Source: Myxococcales bacterium (lineage in GTDB: Bacteria > Myxococcota_A > Polyangia > Polyangiales > DASUME01). Taken from it: a stretch of 64,000 nucleotides of DNA. Made by a program: the position numbers and the translations under genes. The stretch is from contig JASGJH010000001.1 in NCBI GenBank assembly GCA_047601445.1, forward strand, positions 6,528,001 to 6,592,000. The letters run 5' to 3'. The notes beneath the pieces are model-generated. The model did not search any database and was not told where the DNA came from. It worked only from the letters and a program-made list of their open reading frames with translations. The stretch's first letter is position 1, and every line of letters begins with the position of its first letter. This document shows positions 12,603 through 23,398 of the stretch, in pieces.

Positions 12603-13457
12603 TCAGCGCTCGGCGGCTTCTTCCATCCACATCGTGAGCAGCATATTGCGCAGGCGCAGCTCGCCGCGCTGGGCATAGGCCGTCTCGAGCAGGGCGGTGC
12701 CATCGTTCAGCGCCCCCCCTTGGTACAGAAAGACTCCGTAGGCCTCGGCGCTCCGCTTCCCACCCGCCTCGTGGAAACGCTGCGCGGAGAGAGCCCGTTC
12801 CTGCGGTGGGAACAGCTCGGCGTGCAGGGCCTTGAAGCCCTCGAATGCCTGCAGCTCCACCGCGGCCAAGCCTTCGTGTGGCGCTCGCGCGTGGATCAGG
12901 TTCCAACGCGCCTTGTAGGCCGCGCGGATGGAGAGCCAGGGGGCCCGGAAGAGACCTTCCGCGGTGACCAAGCGATGCTCGACGAGGGAGCGCGGAAAGA
13001 CTCCGAGCTGTCCCGCACCCTCCGGCCCGCCGCCTCCGGTTCGCAGCGCAGCCATGGCGCGCTCCGTGGCCCTCACCCGCAGTAGGTTGCGATCGGTCGG
13101 GCTCAGGCCGTCCGCGTAGATCGAGAGTCGGCGTTGCCGTCCGGCGTCGTAGCGAGCGTTCGGGTCGAGCTCGGAGAGGCCATGGGCCACGTAGAGTTGT
13201 TCGAGCTCGTCCGCGCGCTGGAACTGGGGCGTGCGCTGGGCGAGAGCACGATCCGCCTCCAGTACCGCCTCGACCAGCTTGTCGTCGAGGACCAGGGGCG
13301 GGAGCACGTTGGGCTCGATGGCACGCGGAATCGCCAGGGCGGTGATCGCGCAGGCCACCGCGCAGGCCACCAACGTGAAGAAGCCCGTGAACGCGCGATC
13401 GCGCGGCACGGGCTTCGGAGCTTCCTGGGAAGGTTCGTTGAGCACGACCCCGCTCAC
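12603..13457 (-). CDS. Hypothetical membrane-anchored helical protein
   Basis: GTG start overlaps the pssA stop (GTGA); N-terminal TM segment. This is the C-terminal 284 aa of ORF 12603-14201. Confidence 0.65.
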   Translation of the reverse strand: MSGVVLNEPSQEAPKPVPRDRAFTGFFTLVACAVACAITALAIPRAIEPNVLPPLVLDDKLVEAVLEADRALAQRTPQFQRADELEQLYVAHGLSELDPNARYDAGRQRRLSIYADGLSPTDRNLLRVRATERAMAALRTGGGGPEGAGQLGVFPRSLVEHRLVTAEGLFRAPWLSIRAAYKARWNLIHARAPHEGLAAVELQAFEGFKALHAELFPPQERALSAQRFHEAGGKRSAEAYGVFLYQGGALNDGTALLETAYAQRGELRLRNMLLTMWMEEAAER

Positions 13458-14290
13458 CGCGGGCGACGGTGCTCCACGGGCTGGGGCTGCGCCTCGGGCT
13501 GCACACCCGGGTGCCCGGTCCGCGGCGAGTGCCGCCCGCGGCGCAGGGTGCGGGCCGTGAGGCTGAGGAAGGCCTCGGCCAAGCCGATGACGACGTAGCT
13601 CGTCAGCAGCCAGACCAGCGCGAAGGCCGGCTTGAAGCGCAGCGCGATGAAGGTGGTGGAGCCCACCGCGAACAGCACGAACAGCACCGTGCGCAGCGAG
13701 AGGTGGAGGTCCTTGAAGGAACGGAAACGGATGGTGCTGACCATGCAGGCGGACAGCACGAGCACCACGGCCAGCACCAGCATCTTCAGCTGGGGCAGGT
13801 GGCCGCTGATCGAGTGGTTGGCCACCACGAGCGAAACCACGATGCCCGCGGCGCCGGGGATGGGCAGACCGAGGATGTACTTGCCGGGCTTCTTGGGCGC
13901 GCCCGAGTCGTTGGTGGCGAGCACGTTGAAGCGGGCCAGGCGAATGACGCCGGCCGAGACGAAGGCGAAGCACGCCGCCAAGCCCACCGGGCCCAGGCTT
14001 TCGAGCGACCAGCGATAGAGCAGACAGCCCGGCGCGACGCCGAAGCTGATGACGTCCGCCAGTGAGTCCAGCTGCACACCGAGCGCCGACTGGGTCTTCG
14101 TCAGCCGAGCCACGCGGCCGTCGATGGTGTCGAAGAACATCGCGTACACGATGAGCAGGGCGGCTCGGTAGAAGTCGTTCTCCGAGGCGCCGGTCCCGCA
14201 CAGGAGGATCGCGCTGAAGCCGCAGAACACGCTGCTCAGGGTGATCAAGTTGGGCAGCAAGAACAGGCTCTTGCGCAGATTGACTCGCAC
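13454..14290 (-). CDS. pssA: CDP-diacylglycerol--serine O-phosphatidyltransferase
   Basis: LPNLIT, CDP-alcohol motif DGRVAR..G.QLDSLAD.ISFG, RLARFN and GLPIP. Confidence 0.95.
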   Translation of the reverse strand: MRVNLRKSLFLLPNLITLSSVFCGFSAILLCGTGASENDFYRAALLIVYAMFFDTIDGRVARLTKTQSALGVQLDSLADVISFGVAPGCLLYRWSLESLGPVGLAACFAFVSAGVIRLARFNVLATNDSGAPKKPGKYILGLPIPGAAGIVVSLVVANHSISGHLPQLKMLVLAVVLVLSACMVSTIRFRSFKDLHLSLRTVLFVLFAVGSTTFIALRFKPAFALVWLLTSYVVIGLAEAFLSLTARTLRRGRHSPRTGHPGVQPEAQPQPVEHRRPR

Positions 14291-14383
14291 GTGCGGCGCC
14301 TCCCGGAAGGAATGGAAGAGGACCGAGACTACAGAAGGCGGCCCGGGCTGTCCAGGTTGGATGGCAATATCACTGAACAAAGG

Positions 14384-16117
14384 TCAAGGCATTTTGGGAC
14401 GCCGGCGAGGATGCTCGTAGACGCTCACGATAGGCACCCCGTCGTAAGTCAGCACGTGGGCCGGCTGCACCGAGCCGAAGGCCTGCCAGGCCTGGAAATC
14501 GACCTCGGCCATGTGGCGCTCATGGTGGACCAGCACGAAGTCGGCATCGGCCAGGTTGGCTGCTGCGCGGATATTTCGGGGCAGGCGGCCGTCCTTCTTG
14601 AGCATGTCGAAGGCCGTGGTGGTGGTGTCGTGCAGGAACACGCTGCCTCCGTTGGGCATCTGCTCGCGTAGGTAGTCGACCACGTTGCCCGTGGTGAAGC
14701 CCCAGAACTGGCGGTTCATGCCCAGGTCGGCCGCGCCCGGTACGCCCCCAGCGGGCAGCGTGTAGTGCGAGAGCCCGAAGCGGTGGCTGTGGGCGGTCTC
14801 CGCGAAGCTCGGCGCGAGCAGTACCGTCATCGACACGATGGCCACCGGCGTGGTGTCCACCAGGCCCCGACTGATCAAGCGCGACTCGATGGAGACCACC
14901 ACGTAGAGCGCGGCGTAGCCGGCGAACAAGCACAGGAAAGGGTAGGCCGTGAACCAGTGCTTGGTGCCGCCGAAGATGGGCGTGTCCGGCATGAGGAACA
15001 CCGCGTACGGCGTGAGGGCCCCGCCGAGCCACAGCACGTCCGTGGCGCGCACGTCCGCGCGCAGGCTGCTGCGAGGCATCAGGCGTGCGGCGAGGCCGCT
15101 GGGCAAGAGCGCGCGCGCCCGCACCACGATGCCCGTGAGGGCCAGGGCCGTGATGGTGAGGGGCAGCGTGAAGAGCGTCATCACGAACGCGTAGCTGCGC
15201 GGGAAGGGCGGCGTGAAGTAGTTCACGCCGAAGTACTCCATGTTGTAGTAGACGTGATGCAGGTGGAACTGCGCGTAAGCCGCGAGCCGCGTGGCCGTGT
15301 CGAACCAGATCCACGGCCAGCTCACGAAGAACACCAGGGGTCCCAGCGTGGCCATGCTCAAGAGCCAGTAGGGTGCGATCACGAGCCGTGGGCGCTCTCC
15401 GCGTCGCCGCCGCACGAGCTCTTCGCTGACCACCCAGACCCAGTGCACGAAGAGCATCCCCGGCACTAGCCAGCTGTTGTGCTTGGTGGCCAGCGCGCAG
15501 CCGAAGGCGATGCCCGTCATGATCGACCAGCGGCGATTCACCAGTGAGCGCCAGTACGCATAGACCGTCCAGGTGATCATCAGGACGATCGGGATGTCGA
15601 AGCAGTCGAGGTGAGAGTGGTAGAAAATGCGTGGCAGCGTGGCGAAGGCCAGCGCGCCGAACATGCCCACCCGTCGGTCGGCTCCGCGCGCGCCGAAGAT
15701 ATAGATGAGCCACAGCGTCAGCGATGCGCACACCATGCCGAAGAAGCGGTAGGCCATGGAGGCCTTGGGAAACAGCGGCTCCGGGCTGAGTCCGACGGCT
15801 TCGCGCAGCTTGGGGTAGCCCTTCTGGTCGAGCAGCCAGGTCCAGGCGAACATGGTCTTCGGCAGGGCCGGGTGTTCGCTGTTGTAGGACCAGTAGCGGT
15901 CCACGATCTCGCGCTTGGTGGCTTCGCTCGGGTCGTCGAGCAAGCGGTCGTACCACATGCCGTAGCGCTCCGCGGCGATGACGTAGAAGCCCTCGTCGCG
16001 CGACATGCCGAGCTCGGTGGAGGTGGCCAGCAAGATCACCAGATAGGCCAGGGCCATGAAGGCGCCGAGCAAATGATCGCGCAGTCCCACGTGGGTCGGC
16101 GTGGAAAGGATGCTCAC
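14384..16117 (-). CDS. GT-C fold glycosyltransferase (family 39 / ArnT-PMT-like)
   Basis: RDEGFY acidic motif after the first TM, EHPALPK, many TM helices, ALATKH. Confidence 0.85.
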   Translation of the reverse strand: MSILSTPTHVGLRDHLLGAFMALAYLVILLATSTELGMSRDEGFYVIAAERYGMWYDRLLDDPSEATKREIVDRYWSYNSEHPALPKTMFAWTWLLDQKGYPKLREAVGLSPEPLFPKASMAYRFFGMVCASLTLWLIYIFGARGADRRVGMFGALAFATLPRIFYHSHLDCFDIPIVLMITWTVYAYWRSLVNRRWSIMTGIAFGCALATKHNSWLVPGMLFVHWVWVVSEELVRRRRGERPRLVIAPYWLLSMATLGPLVFFVSWPWIWFDTATRLAAYAQFHLHHVYYNMEYFGVNYFTPPFPRSYAFVMTLFTLPLTITALALTGIVVRARALLPSGLAARLMPRSSLRADVRATDVLWLGGALTPYAVFLMPDTPIFGGTKHWFTAYPFLCLFAGYAALYVVVSIESRLISRGLVDTTPVAIVSMTVLLAPSFAETAHSHRFGLSHYTLPAGGVPGAADLGMNRQFWGFTTGNVVDYLREQMPNGGSVFLHDTTTTAFDMLKKDGRLPRNIRAAANLADADFVLVHHERHMAEVDFQAWQAFGSVQPAHVLTYDGVPIVSVYEHPRRRPKMP

Positions 16118-17178
16118 GGCGCCTCCCTGCGGCGTGCGTCCTGCACCGTGCCGGCCCAGCAGAACCAGCGGTCACGGCGGCTCGAGGAGCTCACCTCGAC
16201 CCGCACCTCTCCGCGCGCGCTCGCGCTGCGCTTTTGGGCGGGACGCGTGTCGACCTCGTAGCGCTTGAAGCCCTCTCCGTCCCGGTGCACCAACTTGGCC
16301 GCCTCCTCGCCGTCGATCAGCACGCGCATGATCACGGGCGCGCCCTGCTCGTCGCGTTCGCGGTGATAGTCGAGGCCGGCGTAGAGCACGAGGCGGGTGC
16401 CCAGGTGCACGTCCTTGAAGGTGGCGCTCACCGGGTCGCGGCCCTGCGGGTGTTGCCAAATGCAGCGCCGCGGCGCGAGCGAGAGGTCCTCCAGGATGGT
16501 GGTGCCGACCCAGGCCGAGGCTTCACGGGCGTCACACACGAAGCGTTGACGGGGCGGCATCGGACCGAAGCCGAGTCCGCCGCGGCCAGGTCCCCCGACC
16601 CGCTCTTTCCAAGGGCAATCGGTGAGCTCTCCGCGTGGGCGATAGTCCACCTGCGCGCTCGGCAGGGCATCGACGAAGTCGAACACCACGGGCGACGGGC
16701 CGAAGTCGTAGCGGGAGACGTTGACCCGTCCGAAGTCCTGCTCGAAGTCCGGCGCGCGCGCGGGTGCTTCCGGCGAGCGCTTGCCGCGGATGGAGAGCAC
16801 CCACAGGCGTTCGAAGGAGGACAGGTCGGCGCGCCCCGAGAGCTTGGCGTTCATGCGGTCCCCGAGGTGCAGGCGCAGCAAGGGGTCGGCCCAGCTGGGG
16901 GCCACGGTGATGGCGTCGTTGGTCTCGAGCTGCGCCCGCACCAGGGCCGCGGCGGCCACCCAGTCGTCCTCCGGCGGGACCCGCGAGACGCGCACCGTGA
17001 GGGCCACCAGCTCGGCCAGCGCCAGGCCCAGGAACACGAGCCACCAAGGGCTAGCCCAGCGCGGCGCCGGAATGACGCCCGAGATGGTGGCGTGGGCCGC
17101 GCGAAACGTGTGATGACCGCTCGAGACGGTTAAGGAATCCCCCGACTTAGGGGCCTCACGTTCGGTCTCGCCACTCAT
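16114..17178 (-). CDS. Hypothetical membrane-anchored periplasmic protein
   Basis: N-terminal TM, Cys-containing beta-sandwich-like C-terminus; GTGA coupling to the GT39 gene. Confidence 0.7.
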   Translation of the reverse strand: MSGETEREAPKSGDSLTVSSGHHTFRAAHATISGVIPAPRWASPWWLVFLGLALAELVALTVRVSRVPPEDDWVAAAALVRAQLETNDAITVAPSWADPLLRLHLGDRMNAKLSGRADLSSFERLWVLSIRGKRSPEAPARAPDFEQDFGRVNVSRYDFGPSPVVFDFVDALPSAQVDYRPRGELTDCPWKERVGGPGRGGLGFGPMPPRQRFVCDAREASAWVGTTILEDLSLAPRRCIWQHPQGRDPVSATFKDVHLGTRLVLYAGLDYHRERDEQGAPVIMRVLIDGEEAAKLVHRDGEGFKRYEVDTRPAQKRSASARGEVRVEVSSSSRRDRWFCWAGTVQDARRREAP

Positions 17179-17279
17179 GCGGGCGGCATCCTACAGCGAG
17201 TCGTGCGCTCGTCGATTCGATTTTCCGGGTTTCGTAGTGCTTGACGGCAAGGCCTCGCGCGCCCAGCGTGAAAGCTCAG

Positions 17280-18698
17280 ATGAGCGTGAACGCACCGGGT
17301 TCGAATTTCGCGCGGGCTTTGATCGAGATCGATAGGGCCCTGGCGAGCGACCAGATTCTGACCGACCCGGACGTGTGCGCCGGCTATGGGCACGACGAGA
17401 GCGAGGTGCCCGCGCGAACCCCCGACGCGGTGGTGCGGGTGCGCTCCGCCTCGGACGTGGTGGCCGTGATGAAGGCGTGCTCGCGTCATGGGGTCTTCGT
17501 GACCCCGCGTGCTGGCGGTACCGGGCGCACGGGCGGGGCGGTGCCCGTGCAGGGTGGCATCGTGCTCGCGTTCGAGGGCATGAACCAGCTGGAGGAGATC
17601 CACCGGGGAGACCTGGTGACGGTGGTCGAGCCTGGCTTGGTGCTAGGCGCGCTGCATCAGGCAGTCGAGGGCGAAGGGCTGTTTTACGGGCCCGATCCGA
17701 ACTCGCTCGGGAGCTGCGCGTTGGGTGGCAACTTGGCGGAGAATGCGGGCGGGCCGCGCGCCTTCAAGTACGGGGTCACGCGTGACTGGGCACTCGGACT
17801 CGAGGTGGTGACCGCGGACGGCACCATGCTCTCGCTGGGCAAGCGCACGGTGAAGGGTGTGGCGGGCTACGACTTGGCGGCGCTGATGGTGGGCAGCGAG
17901 GGCACGCTCGGCATCATCACCAAGGCCACGCTCAAGTTGCTTCCCAAGCCGGAGACCGTGGTCACCTTGCTCGCGCTGTTGCCTGACGTGCATGCCGCCG
18001 GACGTGCGGTGAACGCGCTGCTCGCGCTGGGCATCATGCCGCGCTGTCTGGAATTGATGGACGGACACACGCTGTCGTTGGTGCGGCCGGCGGTGGCGCT
18101 GCAAATCCCCGAGGCGGCGCAGGCGGCGTTGTTGGTGGAGCTCGACGGCAGCGCGAGCCAGTGCGAACAGGGCCTCGAGCGAGCAGGCAATGCGGCGCTC
18201 GAGGCGGGCGCGCTCGAGGTGCTGGTGGCGCGTCACGGCGGAGAGCGCGAGAAGTTGTGGGCGGCGCGGCGCGAGCTGTCGCGTGTGTTGCGGGCTACCG
18301 CGCGCTTCAAGCTGGCCGAAGACGTGGTGGTGCCGAAGAGTCAGATCCCGGCGTTGCTCGAGTTCGTGTCCGAGACGAGTCGCAAGCAAGGCATTCCCAT
18401 GCCCACTTATGGACACGCGGGCGATGGCAACCTCCACGTGAACTTCCTGTGGAACGACCCGAGCGAGGAACCCACGGTGCACGCGGCCATCGAGGCCACC
18501 TTCCGCAAGGTGGTGGAGCTGCGCGGGACCATCAGCGGAGAGCACGGCATCGGCGTGCTCAAGATGCCTTACCTGCCGCTCGAGCAGAGTCCCGAGCTCA
18601 TCGCCATGCAGCGACGGGTGAAGGCCACCTTCGATCCGCAGGGCATCCTCAACCCGGGCAAGATCTTCGGGGAAGCCTCACCTCACCGCGCGTGCTGA
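17280..18698 (+). CDS. FAD-linked oxidase, GlcD / D-2-hydroxyacid dehydrogenase family
   Basis: GGTGRTGG, NAGGPRAFKYG, GSEGTLG, GHAGDGNLH, GEHGIG and LNPGK motifs. Confidence 0.92.
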   Translation: MSVNAPGSNFARALIEIDRALASDQILTDPDVCAGYGHDESEVPARTPDAVVRVRSASDVVAVMKACSRHGVFVTPRAGGTGRTGGAVPVQGGIVLAFEGMNQLEEIHRGDLVTVVEPGLVLGALHQAVEGEGLFYGPDPNSLGSCALGGNLAENAGGPRAFKYGVTRDWALGLEVVTADGTMLSLGKRTVKGVAGYDLAALMVGSEGTLGIITKATLKLLPKPETVVTLLALLPDVHAAGRAVNALLALGIMPRCLELMDGHTLSLVRPAVALQIPEAAQAALLVELDGSASQCEQGLERAGNAALEAGALEVLVARHGGEREKLWAARRELSRVLRATARFKLAEDVVVPKSQIPALLEFVSETSRKQGIPMPTYGHAGDGNLHVNFLWNDPSEEPTVHAAIEATFRKVVELRGTISGEHGIGVLKMPYLPLEQSPELIAMQRRVKATFDPQGILNPGKIFGEASPHRAC

Positions 18699-20008
18699 GC
18701 GACGAACCCTGCGACGACGCGCTCGGCCTGCTTCTGCACCGGCTTCTTGGCGCGCCCCACGCTCACGATGTGCAGGCCCGAAGCGCGCACGATGCGCTGC
18801 GCGGCGGCGCGGATGTCCGCCGCCGTGACGTGGGCCACGTCGCTCCACAGGCCGGACAGGTCGATGGCGCGCCCGAATACGGCCTGGGTGCCCGCATAGA
18901 GCGCCATGTCCTCGGGTGAATCCACCAAGCGCCGCAGGGTCCAGGCGTAGCGCGTGCGGGCCTTCTCGAGCTCACGAGGCTCCACGTCGCGCTCGGTGAG
19001 CTCGTGCAACATGCCCAGGATGGCGCTCAGCACCTCCGGGACCTTCTCGTGCTCCACGCTGGCGCCCACCTCGAGCAGCCCAGTCTCTTCGTAGGGGTCG
19101 AGCGCCGCGAAGGCCTCGTAGGCCAGGCCGCTCTCGTCGGTGAGCCTGCGGTGCAGGCGGGTGCTCATGCCGTCGTCGAGGATGCGCACCATCAGCTTGA
19201 GCGCCGTGTAGTGCGGGTCGTCCGGGCCGAAGGCGCGCAAGCACACGCGTACGTCGCTTTGGCTGGCGTCGTGGTTCACGAAGCGTAGGCGCTCGTCGTG
19301 GCGCGCAGGAGGTGGCTCCTCCACCAAGGTCAGGCGCCCGCGCGGGAAGTCCCCAAACAGCCGGCGCGCGTGCTCCACGATGGCTTCCGGCTCCACGGCG
19401 CCAGTGGCCACCACCGCCATGTTGGCAGCGCCGTAGTGGTTCGACAGGTGCGCGTGCAGCTCGGCTGGACCGAAGCCCTCCACGTTGTCCGCTTCGCCCG
19501 TGATCTTGAAGCCCAGTGCGTGGTCGCCGTAGACCAACAAACGCGACAGGTTCTCGGCGTCCACCTCGCGTCCGTCGGCGTCGCGATCGGCCAGGATCTC
19601 CTCGCGCACGATCTTCTTCTCGAGGGCGAGCTCGCCGAAGCGTGGCGCCCGCAGGAGCTCGGCGAGAAGCTCGAGCGCCTTGCCCGCGTGCTCGCGCGGG
19701 ACACCGAGCTGGTAGTGCGTGAAGTCGGCGTAGGTGGCGGCATCGATGGCGCCGCCGAGCTGCTCCGCCGCGAAGCTCAGATCGTAAGCGGTGGGATAGC
19801 TCGGCGTACCTCGAAACAGCATGTGCTCGAGGAAGTGGCTGATGCCGTTGGTCTCCGCGCGCTCGTAGCGTGGACCCACCTTCACGAATACGGACAGCGA
19901 GGCGCCCTGCAGGTGGCCGAGGGGCACCACCACGACACGCAGTCCGTTCTCGAGCGTGGCTTCAAAGCTCTGCGGAGCGCGCAAAGGTTCGAAGCGCTGC
20001 TCGCTCAA
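18683..20008 (-). CDS. M16 family zinc peptidase
   Basis: LENGL and inverted zinc motif HFLEH; TTGA coupling to the upstream PPIase. Confidence 0.92.
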   Translation of the reverse strand: MSEQRFEPLRAPQSFEATLENGLRVVVVPLGHLQGASLSVFVKVGPRYERAETNGISHFLEHMLFRGTPSYPTAYDLSFAAEQLGGAIDAATYADFTHYQLGVPREHAGKALELLAELLRAPRFGELALEKKIVREEILADRDADGREVDAENLSRLLVYGDHALGFKITGEADNVEGFGPAELHAHLSNHYGAANMAVVATGAVEPEAIVEHARRLFGDFPRGRLTLVEEPPPARHDERLRFVNHDASQSDVRVCLRAFGPDDPHYTALKLMVRILDDGMSTRLHRRLTDESGLAYEAFAALDPYEETGLLEVGASVEHEKVPEVLSAILGMLHELTERDVEPRELEKARTRYAWTLRRLVDSPEDMALYAGTQAVFGRAIDLSGLWSDVAHVTAADIRAAAQRIVRASGLHIVSVGRAKKPVQKQAERVVAGFVAQHAR

Positions 20009-21627
20009 AGCGACGCCGTCTCTTCGGAGGCGCTGTAGCGCACGGCCTCCGGGTTGATGCTGATCGCGCCCTCGCCGTCGGCGCGCTTGCGGAGCTCACG
20101 CACGTAGCTCTCGAGCACTTCCAGGCGCTTGCGACGCAGCAGGGCGTCGTTCAGGCGAGCCTGCTCGGTCCCGGCGAAGGCGGCCTTGTCGGGGCTTTCG
20201 CGCGAGAGGAGCTGGATCACCACCCAACTGTCGCCGGCCTTGATGGGCGCGCCGGGCAGCGGGCTCTCCTTGGTCAGGTCGAAAGCCGTCTTCACGAGCT
20301 CGGTGTTGTCGACGCCCACGATGGGGCTGTCACCGCGGCCGAAGGGCCGGGTCTCCTTCACGACGGGCGCCTGGGGCTTGTCGCCGCCGGCTTCCTTTTC
20401 GGCCTTCAAGCGCGCCTCGAGGGCGTCCATGCTTCCGCCCTTGAGCTCGGCCAGCACCTTCTCGGCGGCCGCCTTGGCCTTCTGCTCGGCGCTGCCCGCC
20501 TTGAACTGCTTCTCGGCGATCTCGCGCTTGGCGTCGGCCACGGGCACATCGCCCTCGCGTACGCCTTCGACCTTGATCACGTGATAGCCGAAGCGCGTCT
20601 CGACCACCTCGGAGACGTCGCCCGGCTTGAGCGCGAACTGCGCGTCGTCGAAGGGCGCCACCATCTTGCCGCGCGTGTTGTAGCCGAGGTCGCCGCCTTC
20701 CTTGGCGCTGCCGGTGTCCTCGCTGAGTTCACTGGCCAGCTTGGAGAAGTCTTCGCCCTTGAGTGCGCGCGCGCGGACCGCTTCGGCCTTCGCTTTGGCG
20801 GCCTGCTTCGTGGCGGCATCGGCGTCACTCGCCACCTTGAAGAGGATGTGACGTGCACGCACCTGCTTCTCGAGGCCGGTGTAGCGGTGCTTCTCCTTCT
20901 CGAACTCCGCGTCCACGTCTTGCTGGTGGTCCTTCAGCCAACCGTCGATCTCCGCCGCGCTGGCGGGGCCTTGCTGGCGGAAGCTTGCGGCATCGAAGCG
21001 CACGTACTTGAGCGTGGCCTTGTCCTTCTCACGCACGTAGGCGTCCCAGACTTCGCTCGGAGCGACGGCCACCGAGGCCGCCACGGTGTCGCGCATGCGC
21101 TGCGCGAGGGTCTCCTGGATCTGGGAGTTGGCGAACTCCTCCACGGTGCGACCCAGTCGGTTCTGGATGAAGCGACGCACGTTCTCGGGATCGAAATTGC
21201 CGTCCTTGTCCTCGAAGCTGACCGGCATCGGTCCGGACGGCATCGAGCTGGGCGCTCCGATCGGCGCGGACACGTAGAGGAAGCCCTCTTCGGCCAGGCG
21301 CACCATCACGTCGTCCTTGGTGGTGTTGAAGCCGACCTGCCGCGCCTCGCGCGCCAGCAGATCGCGCTCGATGAGGCCGGCCAACACCAGCTCCTTGAGC
21401 TTCATCTCCCGCGCCGTCTCGGTGCTGTAGCGCGTGCCATTGGCGAGCACGTAGGCGGCTTTCATCTCGCCCAAGCTGATGGTGTCGCCGTACACACGGG
21501 CCGCGTAGCGCGCCTTCGCTTCGCCGGCGCAGCCGCGTGACTGGGGACCGCCAAACTCGATCAGGAATACCGCGCTCAGCGCGAGCACGATGACGAGAAG
21601 ACCGAGATTCTGAATCGTTTGACGCAT
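20005..21627 (-). CDS. PpiD/SurA-like parvulin peptidyl-prolyl isomerase
   Basis: N-terminal anchor, SurA-N-like helices, VRARHIL, SED.GS..GGDLG and TRFGYHVIK motifs. Confidence 0.92.
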   Translation of the reverse strand: MRQTIQNLGLLVIVLALSAVFLIEFGGPQSRGCAGEAKARYAARVYGDTISLGEMKAAYVLANGTRYSTETAREMKLKELVLAGLIERDLLAREARQVGFNTTKDDVMVRLAEEGFLYVSAPIGAPSSMPSGPMPVSFEDKDGNFDPENVRRFIQNRLGRTVEEFANSQIQETLAQRMRDTVAASVAVAPSEVWDAYVREKDKATLKYVRFDAASFRQQGPASAAEIDGWLKDHQQDVDAEFEKEKHRYTGLEKQVRARHILFKVASDADAATKQAAKAKAEAVRARALKGEDFSKLASELSEDTGSAKEGGDLGYNTRGKMVAPFDDAQFALKPGDVSEVVETRFGYHVIKVEGVREGDVPVADAKREIAEKQFKAGSAEQKAKAAAEKVLAELKGGSMDALEARLKAEKEAGGDKPQAPVVKETRPFGRGDSPIVGVDNTELVKTAFDLTKESPLPGAPIKAGDSWVVIQLLSRESPDKAAFAGTEQARLNDALLRRKRLEVLESYVRELRKRADGEGAISINPEAVRYSASEETASL

Positions 21628-22002
21628 GTTCGCCCTTGCCTGGCGCAAGCCTGGCACCGCAGGCGGGCGCGTGCCCGGCCTGAAAAAGGCCCGAACCATA
21701 TCGAACCGTCCCAACCTGAGCAAGCTGGCTACGGGGCCGCGCCTGTTTCGCGGGCCGGGTGCTCAATGCTCTGAAATCATGTGGCATTTTGCGCACGATC
21801 TGGCGCAGTTGGTGGCCGCGCGCGGTCATCTTGCGGTCAAAGTCACTCGTGCGCGCCAAGGCGCCTACCGGCCACGCACGAGCGCAGCGCCCGAAAAGCA
21901 CCCCGAACAAACCGGCCGCGGGCCCCCTGGCGAGCGCCGTTCCGGCAGCGCCATCTCGCTTTGCTCGGTCGCTGGGAGGGCGTGTGTTAGCGTGCCTGGT
22001 TC

Positions 22003-23262
22003 GTGCGCCACCCCTTCCTCGGCCTCGCGTGGGCCTCGCTGGCCTTGCCCCTCGCGGTCTTCTGCGGGCCCGCGCGGCGTACGTGCGCGCAGGAGCTGGC
22101 GGCGCTCCCGGCTCCCCCCGAACCCGCCTACTACGTGCTGACCTCCGCAGAGCCCGCGCGCCGGGAAGTGCTGGAGTCCGCTGCGAGTGCCTGGCTGGTG
22201 GCGCATGGCGAGCACGCGGAGCCACTCCGCCCGACCGCGCTGACCCAGGTGCCCGCGCTGACCCCCCGCTCCGAGCTGCGCGTGCTCGAACAGGTCGAGT
22301 CGCTCTTGCGGGAGGGCCGCGAGCTATCGGCCCGTTTCGACGAGCGGCTCGCGTTGCGCCGCTATGCGGAGGCGGAGCAACTGCTGCGCTCATCGCTCGA
22401 GATTCCACAGGTGCACGCCTGGCTTGCCGAGGTGAACCTGCAACTTGGGCTATGTGCGGCTCAGCTTGGTGAGCTCGGACTCGCGGAAACGGCCCTCGGG
22501 CGCGCCGCCTCGCTCGATCCGCAGCGCACGGTGCAAGCTGCCGAAGCGCCGCCCTCCCTCGTTCATCTTGCGCACGCCATCGAGCAGCGACGGGCGCGTG
22601 CGCCAGCGAGCCAGGTGCTCATCGAGACCGAGCCCGCGGGGGCGACGCTTTGGCTCGATGGTCGACGGGTGGGCCAAGCGCCGCACGAGATGAGCTTGAG
22701 CAGCGGCATGCATGTGCTGCGCGTGGCCGCCCCCGGTCGCCGAACCTACGCCGCTCTGCTGGAGCTGGGGCCTGGCCGGCGCTCGCCCGTACGTGTGGAG
22801 TTGGATGAGGAGCCGGCGGAGCAGGCGCGCCGAGAGCTCCTGGCCCAGCTAGGGCGACCCTCACAGGTTGCGGTCCATGCGCACGCGTTGTCGGCGTTGA
22901 TCGAGCGGCCACTGTGGATCTTCGAGGCCGGCACGGGGCCGCTCGCGCGCGGTCTGGTGCGGCGCTGCGATCCCGAGTGCACGTTGGTCGCCACGCTGGG
23001 CGAGGGGCCGGCGCTCGCGCTCACTCCTGTGCCCAGCTCCGCCGAGGAGTTGGCCTGGCTCTCAGCCGAGCCGCGTCCGAGCGCGCACGAGGCTCCCGCC
23101 AACGTGGAGCGACCTTGGTGGAAGCGCTGGCCGGCCTGGACGGTCGGTGCGCTCGTCGTGGTAGGGGCAGGTGTCACCGCGGCGGTGCTTGCGGCGCGCG
23201 ACCCCAAAGTGGTCGACGAGCGACAGCTGGTGCTCGACCCCGGCAGTTTGCCGCCGCCGTGA
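22003..23262 (+). CDS. TPR/PEGA-domain protein
   Basis: ETEPAGATLWLDG..G.H.LRV PEGA motif; PWWKRW followed by a TM segment. Confidence 0.75.
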   Translation: MRHPFLGLAWASLALPLAVFCGPARRTCAQELAALPAPPEPAYYVLTSAEPARREVLESAASAWLVAHGEHAEPLRPTALTQVPALTPRSELRVLEQVESLLREGRELSARFDERLALRRYAEAEQLLRSSLEIPQVHAWLAEVNLQLGLCAAQLGELGLAETALGRAASLDPQRTVQAAEAPPSLVHLAHAIEQRRARAPASQVLIETEPAGATLWLDGRRVGQAPHEMSLSSGMHVLRVAAPGRRTYAALLELGPGRRSPVRVELDEEPAEQARRELLAQLGRPSQVAVHAHALSALIERPLWIFEAGTGPLARGLVRRCDPECTLVATLGEGPALALTPVPSSAEELAWLSAEPRPSAHEAPANVERPWWKRWPAWTVGALVVVGAGVTAAVLAARDPKVVDERQLVLDPGSLPPP

Positions 23263-23398
23263 CCTGGCGGGTGCAGGTGCATGCAACGTCGCGGGCCCGC
23301 AGCCGACCAGCATGCATGCACTTCGAAGGGGGGAGCGGGGCGCGCCTCCGCGTCAGAATACGTGGCGAGGCACACCTCTTGAGGTAGACTTCCCGGCC

